A DNA stretch of 54,067 bases, counting the filler, from an uncultured virus (IMG/VR IMGVR_UViG_2049941000_000645) (lineage: Duplodnaviria; Heunggongvirae; Uroviricota; Caudoviricetes). It is 28 parts of one record of this genome, joined end to end, with 100 filler letters (N's around TTAATTAATTAA, not from the genome) between each part and the next. Parts side by side here need not be neighbours in the genome. Positions count along the whole stretch, not along the records: positions 22,220 to 23,629 come from IMGVR_UViG_2049941000_000645; positions 23,730 to 24,483 come from IMGVR_UViG_2049941000_000645; positions 24,584 to 28,556 come from IMGVR_UViG_2049941000_000645; positions 28,657 to 29,781 come from IMGVR_UViG_2049941000_000645; positions 29,882 to 32,006 come from IMGVR_UViG_2049941000_000645; positions 32,107 to 33,919 come from IMGVR_UViG_2049941000_000645; positions 34,020 to 35,557 come from IMGVR_UViG_2049941000_000645; 21 more parts are not named here. One strand, 5' to 3'. Shown in pieces: positions 23,527 to 35,127 of the stretch. How positions within the stretch are numbered: position 1 is the first letter of the stretch; every line of letters starts with the position of its first letter. Under the pieces are notes generated by a model. That model saw only the letters and a program-made list of their open reading frames with translations, was not told where the DNA came from and did no database searches. A program made the translations under genes and the position numbers.

Positions 23527-23535
23527 CAAATATAG
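23527..23535 (-). promoter_or_regulatory. Candidate host-sigma promoter element CTATATTTG, 5 nt before the NUDIX ATG
   Basis: TTTTGCTATATTTGAAAACATG on the minus strand. Confidence 0.5.
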
Positions 23536-23536
23536 C

Positions 23537-23564
23537 AAAAGTACGGCAAGTCACCCTGCCGTAC
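23537..23564 (-). terminator. Intrinsic terminator
   Basis: GTACGGCA-N8-TGCCGTAC hairpin followed by TTTT on the minus strand, just after an upstream stop. Confidence 0.6.
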
Positions 23565-23729
23565 AGAAATTATTCGTAATTTTCTAGAACCTTATCACAA
23601 GCCCGAACTGCGACATATCGGCATAGAGCNNNNNNNNNNNNNNNNNNNNNNNNNNNNNNNNNNNNNNNNNNNNTTAATTAATTAANNNNNNNNNNNNNNN
23701 NNNNNNNNNNNNNNNNNNNNNNNNNNNNN

Positions 23730-24353
23730 CCGGCTGACTATCAACCGGACTGGAATACAATGACCGCCAGTCGACATTACCGATATGTTGCCACGACGAC
23801 GCGGACGCTGAATCGGTATGCCATACCCATTCCTGGTAATTACTTTCCCCGGACATAGACTGGTCCTTTACGAGATAGATCGTATTCGATTCTGGCTCGT
23901 TTACCGCCGGAATACCATAACGATCCGGCTGGGCAATCTTGAAACTGTTTACACATGTTTCGCCGCAATAGCCAGTATACATGGGCACATTCTGCCATGC
24001 GGCGGTGGCCGTATCGTTCGTGTCCATATCTACTGTTTCGCTTCCGCGCGCCCAATCCATGTTCGGCGAATATTCCGGCTCCTTGCCGAGCTTCTCGATA
24101 ATCATGTCGACAATTCTCGAATAACCGTATTCCGTACCGTCGGCGTGTATGTAATCGACGCCGTTACGGTCGAGCATGTCGATTATTTCCCTGTCAATCT
24201 GCCTCGCCTCGGCTTCGGTCTGGTTACGGCCGTTCTCGACGTACCGTTTCTTCCTGTCCACGTATATGTTGAACGTATTCTTGTGCTTAAGCCCCTCGTA
24301 AATGCATACGTCCTTGTGCGGCTGTTCGTCGGTATACATCGCGCCCATCATGA
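23730..24353 (-). CDS. P-loop kinase/ATPase C-terminal part with fibre-type C-terminal extension
   Basis: NIYVDRKKRYVENGRNQTEAEARQIDREI, then in frame FKIAQ...NTIYLVKD...YQEWVW...WQHIG. Confidence 0.7.
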
Positions 24354-25736
24354 NNNNNNNNNNCGATATAATGGCAGACCATCCGGTACATAAAATCATA
24401 GAACTGACTGCCGATGAAGGTATAACCCTTCAGAAAAGCAGCGACGGTAAAAATCTTAAAGTTTCCGCGAATATAACACAAGTNNNNNNNNNNNNNNNNN
24501 NNNNNNNNNNNNNNNNNNNNNNNNNNNTTAATTAATTAANNNNNNNNNNNNNNNNNNNNNNNNNNNNNNNNNNNNNNNNNNNNATATCAGTCGGTTCTGG
24601 ATTTTGAGAATAATGTGTATATATCTTATATGTCAAAACACTCTCACCACCGCTTCGCGTATATATATCAGCAACAACCGGATCCATATTCGATTCTATA
24701 CTAGATAGGAATTTCATTCCGTACCAGGTATTCCAGATAATATGATTCACATCATTTAACTTTAAACCGTTATCTGTCCCATATACCGGTGGCTTAAAAG
24801 GTGCAACATCAATCGCCTTTTTCCATGTAGTAAATTCACCATTCTGAAATAATGAATAACGTACATAATTATTGGATTCACCACTATAATCGCTAAAATG
24901 TTCAGAATCGTATGAAGCAAAATACGGTGTTGACCAAGGAGTCGACGGTGTACTGGTATCTTTTGANNNNNNNNNNNNNNNNNNNNNNNNNNNNNNNNNN
25001 NNNNNNNNNNNNNNNNNNNNNNNNNNNNNNNNNNNNNNNNNNNNNNNNNNNNNNNNNNNNNNNNNNNNNNNNNNNNNNNNNNNNNNNNNNNNNNNNNNNN
25101 NNNNNNNNNNNNNNNNNNNNNNNNNNNNNNNNNNNNNNNNNNNNNNNNNNNNNNNNNNNNNNNNNNNNNNNNNNNNNNNNNNNNNNNNNNNNNNNNNNNN
25201 NNNNNNNNNNNNNNNNNNNNNNNNNNNNNNNNNNNNNNNNNNNNNNNNNNNNNNNNNNNNNNNNNNNNNNNNNNNNNNNNNNNNNNNNNNNNNNNNNNNN
25301 NNNNNNNNNNNNNNNNNNNNNNNNNNNNNNNNNNNNNNNNNNNNNNNNNNNNNNNNNNNNNNNNNNNNNNNNNNNNNNNNNNNNNNNNNNNNNNNNNNNN
25401 NNNNNNNNNNNNNNNNNNNNNNNNNNNNNNNNNNNNNNNNNNNNNNNNNNNNNNNNNNNNNNNNNNNNNNNNNNNNNNNNNNNNNNNNNNNNNNNNNNNN
25501 NNNNNNNNNNNNNNNNNNNNNNNNNNNNNNNNNNNNNNNNNNNNNNNNNNNNNNNNNNNNNNNNNNNNNNNNNNNNNNNNNNNNNNNNNNNNNNNNNNNN
25601 NNNNNNNNNNNNNNNNNNNNNNNNNNNNNNNNNNNNNNNNNNNNNNNNNNNNNNNNNNNNNNNNNNNNNNNNNNNNNNNNNNNNNNNNNNNNNNNNNNNN
25701 NNNNNNNNNNNNNNNNNNNNNNNNNNNNNNNNNNNN

Positions 25737-26142
25737 GATGATAGATTCCATTTCCTTGTTTTTCTGGTATATCCTGTAATTCTGTAAAGATAAATCGAAC
25801 CCGTATTCTTTCCTGTCGTGAATCGCCCACGTGATTAAGCTCTGGATAGCATCGGTCAACTCGGTCTTTATCATGCGAATCGTTTCATCTGTTTCGGGAT
25901 AGAATATATATTTGCGCAAGAGCGTTTCCGAATATTCCTTATCGAGCAATACCGAGTGCACGAAATCCTTTATTTCGTCGTCATACATGTCGAAACATAC
26001 GGCAAACGAATCCAGGATGTCGGGATACCGGTCGAAATCCACGTAATACTGCGGTTTGACCGTAAGTTTCAGCTCGTGTTCGTCGTTACTGATATCGATA
26101 ACCAATGTACACCTCCTATCCACGCGTCTTGTACCCGTACGG
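25737..26142 (-). CDS. hypothetical protein fragment
   Basis: Stop-free frame. Confidence 0.5.
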
Positions 26143-26152
26143 NNNNNNNNNN

Positions 26153-26727
26153 ACCAGAACGACGCGATTCTCGCATGCGACTGGTCGCTGAAGGACTCTA
26201 TACTTACCCGCGTTCTTTCGCGCGGCACGTACTACCTTTCCGGCAAGGACAGGGTCGTGCTTTTCGCGAACAACGGCGAATCCCTCAGGAGCGAGTTCGA
26301 CGTGGGTGAGGAAGAATCGCGCTACGTCAACGAATTCGACAACCGCGGGAACGAGCTGTATATCGCGCTCAACCGCAACGACAAGTTCAACAAGATGTAC
26401 ATGAAGAAGGACGCCGAATACTGCGTCTTCGAAATCAAGCAGTCCGGCAACTCGCAGACCTATGTCTCAAGGGGTACTTACACGATCGACGACATATCCG
26501 ACGACCGCATAAAGTATACCAGGCTCGATACCTCGATAAGCCGTTCCGCCGAAGTCGCAGAAAGCGTCATGGACCTCGATACCGCCATGGAAATTCTTTC
26601 TGAGAACAACTACACGGTAGACAAGTGCTGCAATATCGACGAATACAAATCCGACGTACTCGACTCCCTGACTACCGGGTACGACGGCGACCAGGAAAAG
26701 GCGGCGCTGCTGATGAAACAGGACGAG
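26153..26727 (+). CDS. hypothetical protein fragment
   Basis: Stop-free frame with phage-like codon usage. Confidence 0.55.
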
Positions 26728-26737
26728 NNNNNNNNNN

Positions 26738-27223
26738 ATACTGCTGGAGCGAATCGCGGTAATCCGGGTGGAGTTCCTCCTCCCCTCCGACATGCCCGTT
26801 GAGCTGCGTCTCCCTCGTAAGGGCCACGCGGAAACCGAGCCTGTCGCACACGAGCCCCATGTACTGGTCCTCGCATCCCCACTTGTTGAACGTGGTCATG
26901 AAGAACTCCCCGCCGTTAAATTCCATGACCTTCCGTATCGCGCGGACGCGCATCGCGAACCCGTTACTGTAGAAAGGGTTACACAGCGTACCCGTGTCGA
27001 CTATCGTCGCGCCTTTCAGCGGTACGAATATCTTCTGGTACCTGGTATCAGTCTCGCACGTATAGAGCATGCAGGATATGTCGTGTTCCCTCATTATCCG
27101 GTCTACCACGTCGGGCTTGTACCTGATCGGGAACCTGTCGCCGTCGAAGAACTCTACTATGTCTTCGTCGTCAGGTTCAAACTGGGACAGTATCCTCGCC
27201 AAGCCTGCGTTGCGGTTGGCAGA
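26738..27223 (-). CDS. GT-A fold glycosyltransferase, partial (paralogue of 1622)
   Basis: ANRNAG, FFDGDRFP, YSNGFAM, WGCEDQYMG. Confidence 0.8.
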
Positions 27224-27281
27224 NNNNNNNNNNCTGAGCCACTCCGGTATTTTCGGACATAACTAGTCTTTATATTAAATG

Positions 27282-27312
27282 ATAAACCCGGCGACGAACC
27301 GGGTTTATTTTT
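27282..27312 (+). terminator. Intrinsic terminator
   Basis: ATAAACCCGG-N7-CCGGGTTTAT followed by a T-run. Confidence 0.7.
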
Positions 27313-28712
27313 ATACGAGTTTCGTTGGTCTCGACACTGTCCTTACGGGCAGCTGCTTCTCCCGTATCAGGTNNNNNNNNNNNNNNNNNNNNNNNNNNNN
27401 NNNNNNNNNNNNNNNNNNNNNNNNNNNATACTCTGTCTGGTTATGCGATATGATAACTCTGTAAACCGACATCAATAACCCATTATGTAAATCTTGCCGT
27501 CGACCTTTACGAAATATACCTTCGCGAACGCGAGAACGGGGAACTGGACATTATGACCAGCGGCAAATGATGTATTATTTGTCGTTGTCGTGGCTGTCAA
27601 GAAATTAGGACATACATATGTGCTTAGCTGTTTATTGTCCTGCGCCCATTTATATACAGGTACCTGACTAAGCTCATCATAAAAAGTTATCTTAAATCCC
27701 ATAGTACCGTCGGTATTACAGAACACACTGGTAATCGAACCACTAGCCCATACAATTTTCCTAATATTTATCGTTATCTCGTATACCAAGCCTTCAACTA
27801 TATCGCTTGTACCCGTCGACCTCGAGCGGCATACNNNNNNNNNNNNNNNNNNNNNNNNNNNNNNNNNNNNNNNNNNNNNNNNNNNNNNNNNNNNNNNNNC
27901 CGAACATGGAGGTTATCCGTGCCCAGTTCAAGTCGCTGTCGCACGAATTCGAGCGCGGCTTCGCCTGCAAGAACAACAAGTTCGCCGCGGGCCTCATGAA
28001 AATCATGGAAGTCGCGCTGGAAACCNNNNNNNNNNNNNNNNNNNNNNNNNNNNNNNNNNNNNNNNNNNNNNNNNNNNNNNNNNNNNNNNNNNNNNNNNNN
28101 NNNNNNNNNNNNNNNNNNNNNNNNNNNNNNNNNNNNNNNNNNNNNNNNNNNNNNNNNNNNNNNNNNNNNNNNNNNNNNNNNNNNNNNNNNNNNNNNNNNN
28201 NNNNNNNNNNNNNNNNNNNNNNNNNNNNNNNNNNNNNNNNNNNNNNNNNNNNNNNNNNNNNNNNNNNNNNNNNNNNCTCCCTCAAGAAGTTCAAGGCTGC
28301 CGACATGAAGAAGCAGCGCGTGTCCGCAAGGGCGAACGTCAAGACCATGCTCGACAATCCGGAATTCCAGTCCCTCCTCAAGAACCGTTCCGAAGGCAGG
28401 TTCGACATCATCCCGGGCGCCACGAAATCCAGGCCACCCGTAATAATCGACAACGAGAAAAAGCTTACGCTGTGTTTCAGGAATTACGAGGACCTCAACA
28501 GCGTGCTCGCGGCCAAGGACGAGGACGAACTCTACAACGTCGTGAAGAACCAGTTCNNNNNNNNNNNNNNNNNNNNNNNNNNNNNNNNNNNNNNNNNNNN
28601 TTAATTAATTAANNNNNNNNNNNNNNNNNNNNNNNNNNNNNNNNNNNNNNNNNNNNAGTTATACAAAAATATGCTGGTACAGAATATAGTATAAATTAAC
28701 TATAGGTACATT

Positions 28713-29180
28713 ATGGAAACAAATTATCTTACTACGCTTTCACAAGAACTAACCGATAGTCAAAAACAACAAATACAAAATAATATCAAATTAAGAGTAA
28801 CCGATACATCTACAGATGTAGCTGCAGATGATACTACGAATCATGTAACACTTGATGATATTACCGTATATTGTAAACATATCAATAGCAGTCTAATAGG
28901 TATTGTATATGGAGAAGTTTATATATCGTCATCTACTACTGTTAATGCAATTATATCATATAATACTATTGCAATGAATGCGACATTTGAAAACGCGTCA
29001 TACAAACAAACATTAAATTATACAGATCATAAAATTGATAATTTAACAATAAACGGATATGATTATAATTCCAATACATTTGACGGTATTGCCTCTATAG
29101 ATGTATTTACTGGCANNNNNNNNNNACAAATTGGTCCCACTCTACCAGGTACATATACAATAACGATAACTAAAGATTAA
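28713..29180 (+). CDS. AT-rich hypothetical (probably structural) protein
   Basis: ATG after AGGT; QELTDSQKQQIQNNI resembles a fibre N-terminal motif; gapped. Confidence 0.55.
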   Translation: METNYLTTLSQELTDSQKQQIQNNIKLRVTDTSTDVAADDTTNHVTLDDITVYCKHINSSLIGIVYGEVYISSSTTVNAIISYNTIAMNATFENASYKQTLNYTDHKIDNLTINGYDYNSNTFDGIASIDVFTGXXXXQIGPTLPGTYTITITKD

Positions 29181-29184
29181 AATT

Positions 29185-29212
29185 AAAACCTACCGGATAA
29201 TCGGTAGGTTTT
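29185..29212. terminator. Bidirectional intrinsic terminator
   Basis: AAAACCTACCG-N6-CGGTAGGTTTT between convergent genes. Confidence 0.8.
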
Positions 29213-29215
29213 GTT

Positions 29216-29781
29216 TTAATGGTTATAGACGATATATGTCGGATTGTCCGTATCTACCGGATCGTTTAACGTATATATCGGGTCATTCGCGGAATCACCC
29301 GGAATAACAACGTATACGTTCGGGTCGAAATCCTCGTCGGGATCCAGCGGAATCTCGTCATCCTGGTATAGGTACTTGGTTCCTATGGCCGTAGAGAACG
29401 ACGCGATGAATTTCAACTGTATGCTGCCATCGGTCAAATGCGTATTGTTATAATCGTCATACATGTTAATCGCGGTTTCCGGAAGAATTAAATAATCCAA
29501 TATTTCATCTTCACCATATACATCGGCATCTTCCTTTTCCGTTATGATATTTTCCTGGTTGAACTTGTCGAAGAGGTCACTCAGGATTGTAACGGCCGGT
29601 CCCTTGAAGTTAATCATGAACCCGTTCTGTTCCGTGGTGATGAACACGTCCTTGCCGATTTCGAGCTTGTATTCCAGGGCGTATACCTCGGGGTCGTATT
29701 CCTTATTCTTGAAGCTGCCCTCGATACGGAACCTGAGCGTGCGCTGCTTGGAAATATCCAGACGATGGTCTATCTCAAATA
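29216..29781 (-). CDS. Acidic hypothetical protein, 3' part
   Basis: Open frame to the stop at 29216. Confidence 0.6.
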
Positions 29782-30044
29782 NNNNNNNNNNNNNNNNNNN
29801 NNNNNNNNNNNNNNNNNNNNNNNNNTTAATTAATTAANNNNNNNNNNNNNNNNNNNNNNNNNNNNNNNNNNNNNNNNNNNNCATTCAATCACGCCGTTAA
29901 ATATCAGTTTCGTCCTTCCGCTTTCCTCATCGAGTTCCGGTTTTATAAGCGGACTAGCAGCATTACCGAGCATGTCGTTAAAGTTCTGGTTCCATACAAT
30001 CAGATTGCCGGATGCACGCCTATCGGTCAAATGCNNNNNNNNNN

Positions 30045-30456
30045 TCACCTGCTGAGAGAACAGCTCGGCATTGACGCTCTGCTTCTTGTCGAGCTTAGCG
30101 AAAAAGTCAGAATACTGTTCACGGAGCTTGGCGAATTCCTCTGCGTGTTCCTTCGCGTGTTCGGTATATACCGGGAGACCGTTCGGCGCGTAGACGATCT
30201 TGCCTTCCTCGTTACGGTCGGCGTACTTTTCCGCAAGGTCCATCTGGGCACGGAAAACAGCCGGAAAATCGGGTTCACGGCGTTCGTCGTAGAGTTCGCC
30301 CATGAGCTTCGTATATTCCGAAGCCATCGCCTCTGTATTCTTGTAGATGAACCAGGAATACTTGGCATTAATACCGTCTACCATCAACTTGGAATTGAAT
30401 TCCTCGAAAAGTTGCTTCAACTGATACTTGCTAATAGTGATTTCAGATACTTTCAT
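30045..30456 (-). CDS. hypothetical helical protein
   Basis: ATG after AGGA; TATAAATA on the minus strand near 30482-30489. Confidence 0.6.
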
Positions 30457-30641
30457 TTTTACATTTTCCTTTTTGGTTTTATATTTATAAACTCTTGTCC
30501 AGATATTTCGTCAGCGTCTTGCTGTAATCCTTGCACTTATAAACCTCAGACTTGCCTCGTTCCTTGGCGGGAATCTGCACAAGAATCATCTCCTCGATCT
30601 TGATGCTCATAATGAATAACGCACATAATTANNNNNNNNNN

Positions 30642-31082
30642 ATATACGATAAACTCGTTCTTTATCGGGATATACCTTTCGCGCAGGATCTTGATAAGCG
30701 ACTTCGCCTTCTTCTTGCGGTATTCGTAATCTTCCTTCATGCCATCAAACTGTTCCAGGACCTTGTCGTCGGCGTAGGCTTCCTTGTTCTGCCAGTCCAT
30801 CTCGCACACGGAATGCACGTACGTACCGAGCTGACACGCGTAATCGCCCGCGTATTTCCATTCGTCACGGACCTGCTTCACGGTCTTCCCGGTATACTTG
30901 CCGTCCTTGTTATTCTTAATCGCCTTTTCCGCGATGAGATCCCAGTCCTTGTCCGGCTCGAACTTGCTGATGAATGTCGTGACCGAAGTATACTTAGTCC
31001 CCACGGAATCCGTATACCTGTGACCAACTTCCTCAAAATGTATATCGTTAAACGCTTCCCATAATTCTTTGAATAACTGCAT
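30642..31082 (-). CDS. PD-(D/E)XK-like phage exonuclease, N-terminal part
   Basis: FEEVGHRYT...YTSVTTFISKF...W...GTYVH...NEFIVY. Confidence 0.75.
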
Positions 31083-31466
31083 AATATATTTCCTATATGA
31101 GCTGGATTAACTTGTAATATGCGCGGGAATTTATGACATAATCGATAACCGCATATTCATTTCTACCGGTATCCACAGCAAAACCGATGCCGTGGTCTTC
31201 CTGGTGATTACCGGAATATGCAACCAGTATTTNNNNNNNNNNTACGCATAAGCAAACCCGCAAACCTCTCCTGCGTAATTTCACCGGGAGCCTGCGCAAG
31301 CTGTACCTTTTCGGCAATATTCGAACATGCGTCCACGATAAGCTTCGCAAGTACATTACCGTATTCTTGCGGCGCATATTCAGGGAACTTCGACCAAATC
31401 TTCGTCGGGATGGTAACCGTCGGACGTATCGGATTATACGAAACCGCCTCACCGGANNNNNNNNNN

Positions 31467-31749
31467 GCTGCGGAAAAAATCGCGTTATGCCGTTCGCCTT
31501 CACGTGCGTTCTCTATCTTGTCGGCTATATACTTTATGGCGTTACCCAGATCGTTATTGCCGTTCATCCTGCGCTTCATCTCGCTTTCTTTCTTGCGCTT
31601 GGCCAGGTATTCGTCCTGTTTTTCTACGCACTCGTCATAGGCCAGCTTGTATTCGAACCCGAGCTCCTTGAACGGGTTAAACGGCATCCCCTTGTTCACT
31701 TTGTAGTAATACGGCGCATCCTTGTACTTTAGTGCGGGCATCTTGAAAA
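31467..31749 (-). CDS. Primase-like protein, C-terminal (PriCT-like) part; continues the 35128-35557 piece
   Basis: FKMPA...IENAREGERHNAIFSA. Confidence 0.6.
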
Positions 31750-32248
31750 NNNNNNNNNNGCGCAGCCGTTCTTTATGATATACGCCGTTGCGCTCCTGAT
31801 ATTCTCCTCGGAACAGCAGTCCAGGAACGAAATATAGTCGTCAGACATGAGAACCCGCTCGCGGAATATATCGAAATTTGACAACAGCAGGTTCTTGTCG
31901 TCCGTGACAAGCCCGATATTCTTCTGGGTAAACCACGAATCAACGTTCTCGTAGTTCCACAGGAACTTCTTGTACGCCGCGACCTTTATGTTCCGTATCT
32001 CGTCCTNNNNNNNNNNNNNNNNNNNNNNNNNNNNNNNNNNNNNNNNNNNNTTAATTAATTAANNNNNNNNNNNNNNNNNNNNNNNNNNNNNNNNNNNNNN
32101 NNNNNNCTGTCGATAAACCCGACGCTCTCGTCGGAGAGCTGCACGGTAGGCACTATGTCGCGTAGGCCGACGTTCGGGTTGGTCACTTTCACCAGGACCT
32201 TGCCCTCGACGTTCGGTGACAGTATGAAATCCTTCGGGNNNNNNNNNN

Positions 32249-32673
32249 ATGAACCTCAGGTAGCGCAGGCACCTGGTCACCGGCTTCATCTGCAGTATCG
32301 TGTCGATAATCGTGGAAGCCATGCCGTTAATCGTACGGAAGTTCATGTCCTTGGTCTGCACGATATCCGCGTCGAACCTGGAAGTGAGAAAGAAGTCCTT
32401 GACGTTCGCGTTGCCCCATTCCTCTATCCTCTGCCTCACGCTGTTCAGGTAATCAGCCCTGTACAGGTGGTCGTCGTCGGTAAAGTTCATGAGCGAGGTC
32501 GGCGAGCGGTCTGACCACAGCTCGGTAATGGACGCGCAGAGGCCCATCAGGTTAAGAATCATCTGTATGCCGGCATACGTACCCTTCAACTGGTTGTAAT
32601 GCGGCATGTTCTTGTAGAGGTACTTTATGACGTCGTACGCGGCCTGTTTCGTCTTGTCGTTATACGTCGGCAT
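32249..32673 (-). CDS. Baseplate wedge protein (T4 gp7/P2 gpI-like motif), partial
   Basis: YNQLKGTYAGIQMILNLMGLCASITELW; AAGGAGG SD before the ATG. Confidence 0.6.
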
Positions 32674-32929
32674 CGTTTTCCTCCTTTATGGACTTGGCAT
32701 CCGGCATGTTGTACATGTAGTGCAGGTACTCGACGAAATTCGGCGTAATCTCGAAGTTGAACTCGTCCTTCAGGTAGTCGAGGAGCGGGTATTCGATCCG
32801 GTCGACGTCGTTGAAGTAGCCAACCCTCGCTATTTTCTCGAGACCGCTTATGCGGTTACCCGTATTCAGACTGTTATGACACGTATTCATGAACTTCTGC
32901 GTGAACATGACGAAGTCCTTGTACTTCTC
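32660..32929 (-). CDS. Probable baseplate-associated protein, 3' part
   Basis: DVDRIEYPLLDYLKDEF; overlaps the start of the wedge-like gene. Confidence 0.5.
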   Translation of the reverse strand, partial: EKYKDFVMFTQKFMNTCHNSLNTGNRISGLEKIARVGYFNDVDRIEYPLLDYLKDEFNFEITPNFVEYLHYMYNMPDAKSIKEENDADV

Positions 32930-32939
32930 NNNNNNNNNN

Positions 32940-33813
32940 TGTACTTGCGGCCCTCTTCCTCGATGACGAACGGGCCTATGCTCGCTTCGGCGTACGTCTC
33001 CGTCTTTATCTTCTCGTAGAGTTCCGGGTTATCCACGGAAATCCACGCCTGGACCGTAAGCATGCCGGTTGAAAAGATATTGGTCACGTAGAACAGGAGG
33101 ACGCCGGTACCGGGGTCGTACGNNNNNNNNNNGATAAACTCGATTATAAGCGGCTTTATGAACGGGTTATCGTCGAGATCGAGATAATACCACACACGAT
33201 CCGTCGTATACTTGGCCATATTGCCGGCGATATCCCATACGACGACCGTAATCTGTCCCTCGTTCAATATAGACGTATCGTAGAGGTCTTTCGCGGAATC
33301 GTATATATATTCCTTGTCCAGGGTAAAAGTGAGCCTGTAGGTATCGTTATTCTTCGCTATGGCTATATCCTTGACATAGCCCGAGGAAGTTATGTCCGTA
33401 TTCTTGCGGAGGGACTTATACAGCACCGTATCGCCGTTCGCGATGACCAGCTGTGCGATATCGATGGGCGTATCCGACTTTATGGTGAAATCACACTTGA
33501 AATCGGAACGGAACACCATGTACTGGGTCTTGTCGACAGTAAATTCTGGCGGGGTCGTATCTATGACGATATTCTCGATCGTGGACGTCAGGTAAACTGT
33601 CACCGGACTGCTGTCGAAGAATATCGTGCCGACGGGATACTTGGACTTGTCCCTCTCGACGGTACCACCGGTTTCCGTCTGGTCGTTCCCGTCGGTATCG
33701 AGCGTCGTATACTTGAAATACCAGTTACCTGCGTAACCCGGATTATCGAAATACGAGTCGAAACGGCGTTCCCTGCCGTATTGCTCAATCTTGTTCTCTA
33801 TCTTCAGCGCCAT
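32940..33813 (-). CDS. Large structural protein with Ig-like features, partial
   Basis: IDTTPP and VVWDIAGN motifs. Confidence 0.55.
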
Positions 33814-34019
33814 TTAGTTATCCCACAACCCTATGGTCTCGAACGACTTCTTGTCGAGCACGGTAAACTTTATCTTCGGCCAGTCCTTCCTGCACGCGCC
33901 GGCTACACCGGACTGCAGGNNNNNNNNNNNNNNNNNNNNNNNNNNNNNNNNNNNNNNNNNNNNTTAATTAATTAANNNNNNNNNNNNNNNNNNNNNNNNN
34001 NNNNNNNNNNNNNNNNNNN

Positions 34020-34419
34020 AACGCCCGCCCTTACGCTGGCGTTCTACGTTCTCGATATTCTTGTCTCGATAACACTTGTAAATTTCGGCAGGTTGCATAT
34101 TCAGATTCACGAAAATCTTCACGAACTTGATAAACATCTTGTCACCGAGTTCCTGAATCTTGAGCGGATCTTCTTTCCATACATCATAGGTCTTCCAATC
34201 CTTATAACTCGCGCAATTCTGGTACATGTCACCGACGGCGACGATGAAATCGCCGATAAGGTACTGGAGACTGTTAGAACCGATCGTACCAGTCTTTGTA
34301 TCTTCGACTGCCAGGTTATAGAATTCCTGGAGGGTCATCTTCGGGCGGTACTTGAGATACAGGAGCTGGTTATACACGAAGTGCAACGCGTCGACCGCTT
34401 CGGCCTTGCCCTTATCGGT
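34020..34419 (-). CDS. Dimeric all-alpha dUTPase/dCTPase (T4 gp56-like), partial
   Basis: EAVDALHF and C-terminal YRDKNIENVERQRKG motifs. Confidence 0.7.
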
Positions 34420-35127
34420 NNNNNNNNNNTCTCCTCAATCTGCCTCGTAATAACGGCACGCTTCGTGAATATGCGGTACGGCGCCAGTTTCGAGACAGAA
34501 TTGATATCGTTAGGTTCCGGTAGTTTCCTGTCCGCCAGACATTTCTCCATGACATTATTCTTAATCGCCTTTTCCNNNNNNNNNNNNNNNNNNNNNNNNN
34601 NNNNNNNNNNNNNNNNNNNNNNNNNNNNNNNNNNNNNNNNNNNNNNNNNNNNNNNNNNNNNNNNNNNNNNNNNNNNNNNNNNNNNNNNNNNNNNNNNNNN
34701 NNNNNNNNNNNNNNNNNNNNNNNNNNNNNNNNNNNNNNNNNNNNNNNNNNNNNNNNNNNNNNNNNNNNNNNNNNNNNNNNNNNNNNNNNNNNNNNNNNNN
34801 NNNNNNNNNNNNNNNNNNNNNNNNNNNNNNNNNNNNNNNNNNNNNNNNNNNNNNNNNNNNNNNNNNNNNNNNNNNNNNNNNNNNNNNNNNNNNNNNNNNC
34901 GCAAAAACGTAAACCACTTCGAAGACGGATTGTCATCGTCTACGTTATGAAACCTTACCAAATCAGTTATAGTCTTCATATCATATTCCTTATTTTAAAT
35001 CTTACCTTATCCGGTCCCATTCGTTTGCCAACCGGTTCATCTGCTTCCTGTACGCCCTATCCGCCCAGGTAGGCTCTATCTCTGAAAATTCGGCATACGT
35101 ACCGCCGATCTTCTTGANNNNNNNNNN

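Noticed and set aside
27805..27834. 30-bp exact copy of NUDIX sequence 23176-23205 (spacer-like)
   Set aside because: At a contig end with no flanking repeats; best explained as a chimeric read or assembly tip
32660..32690. Programmed frameshift in the baseplate gene
   Set aside because: Perfect AAGGAGG SD before the ATG at 32673 indicates two overlapping genes
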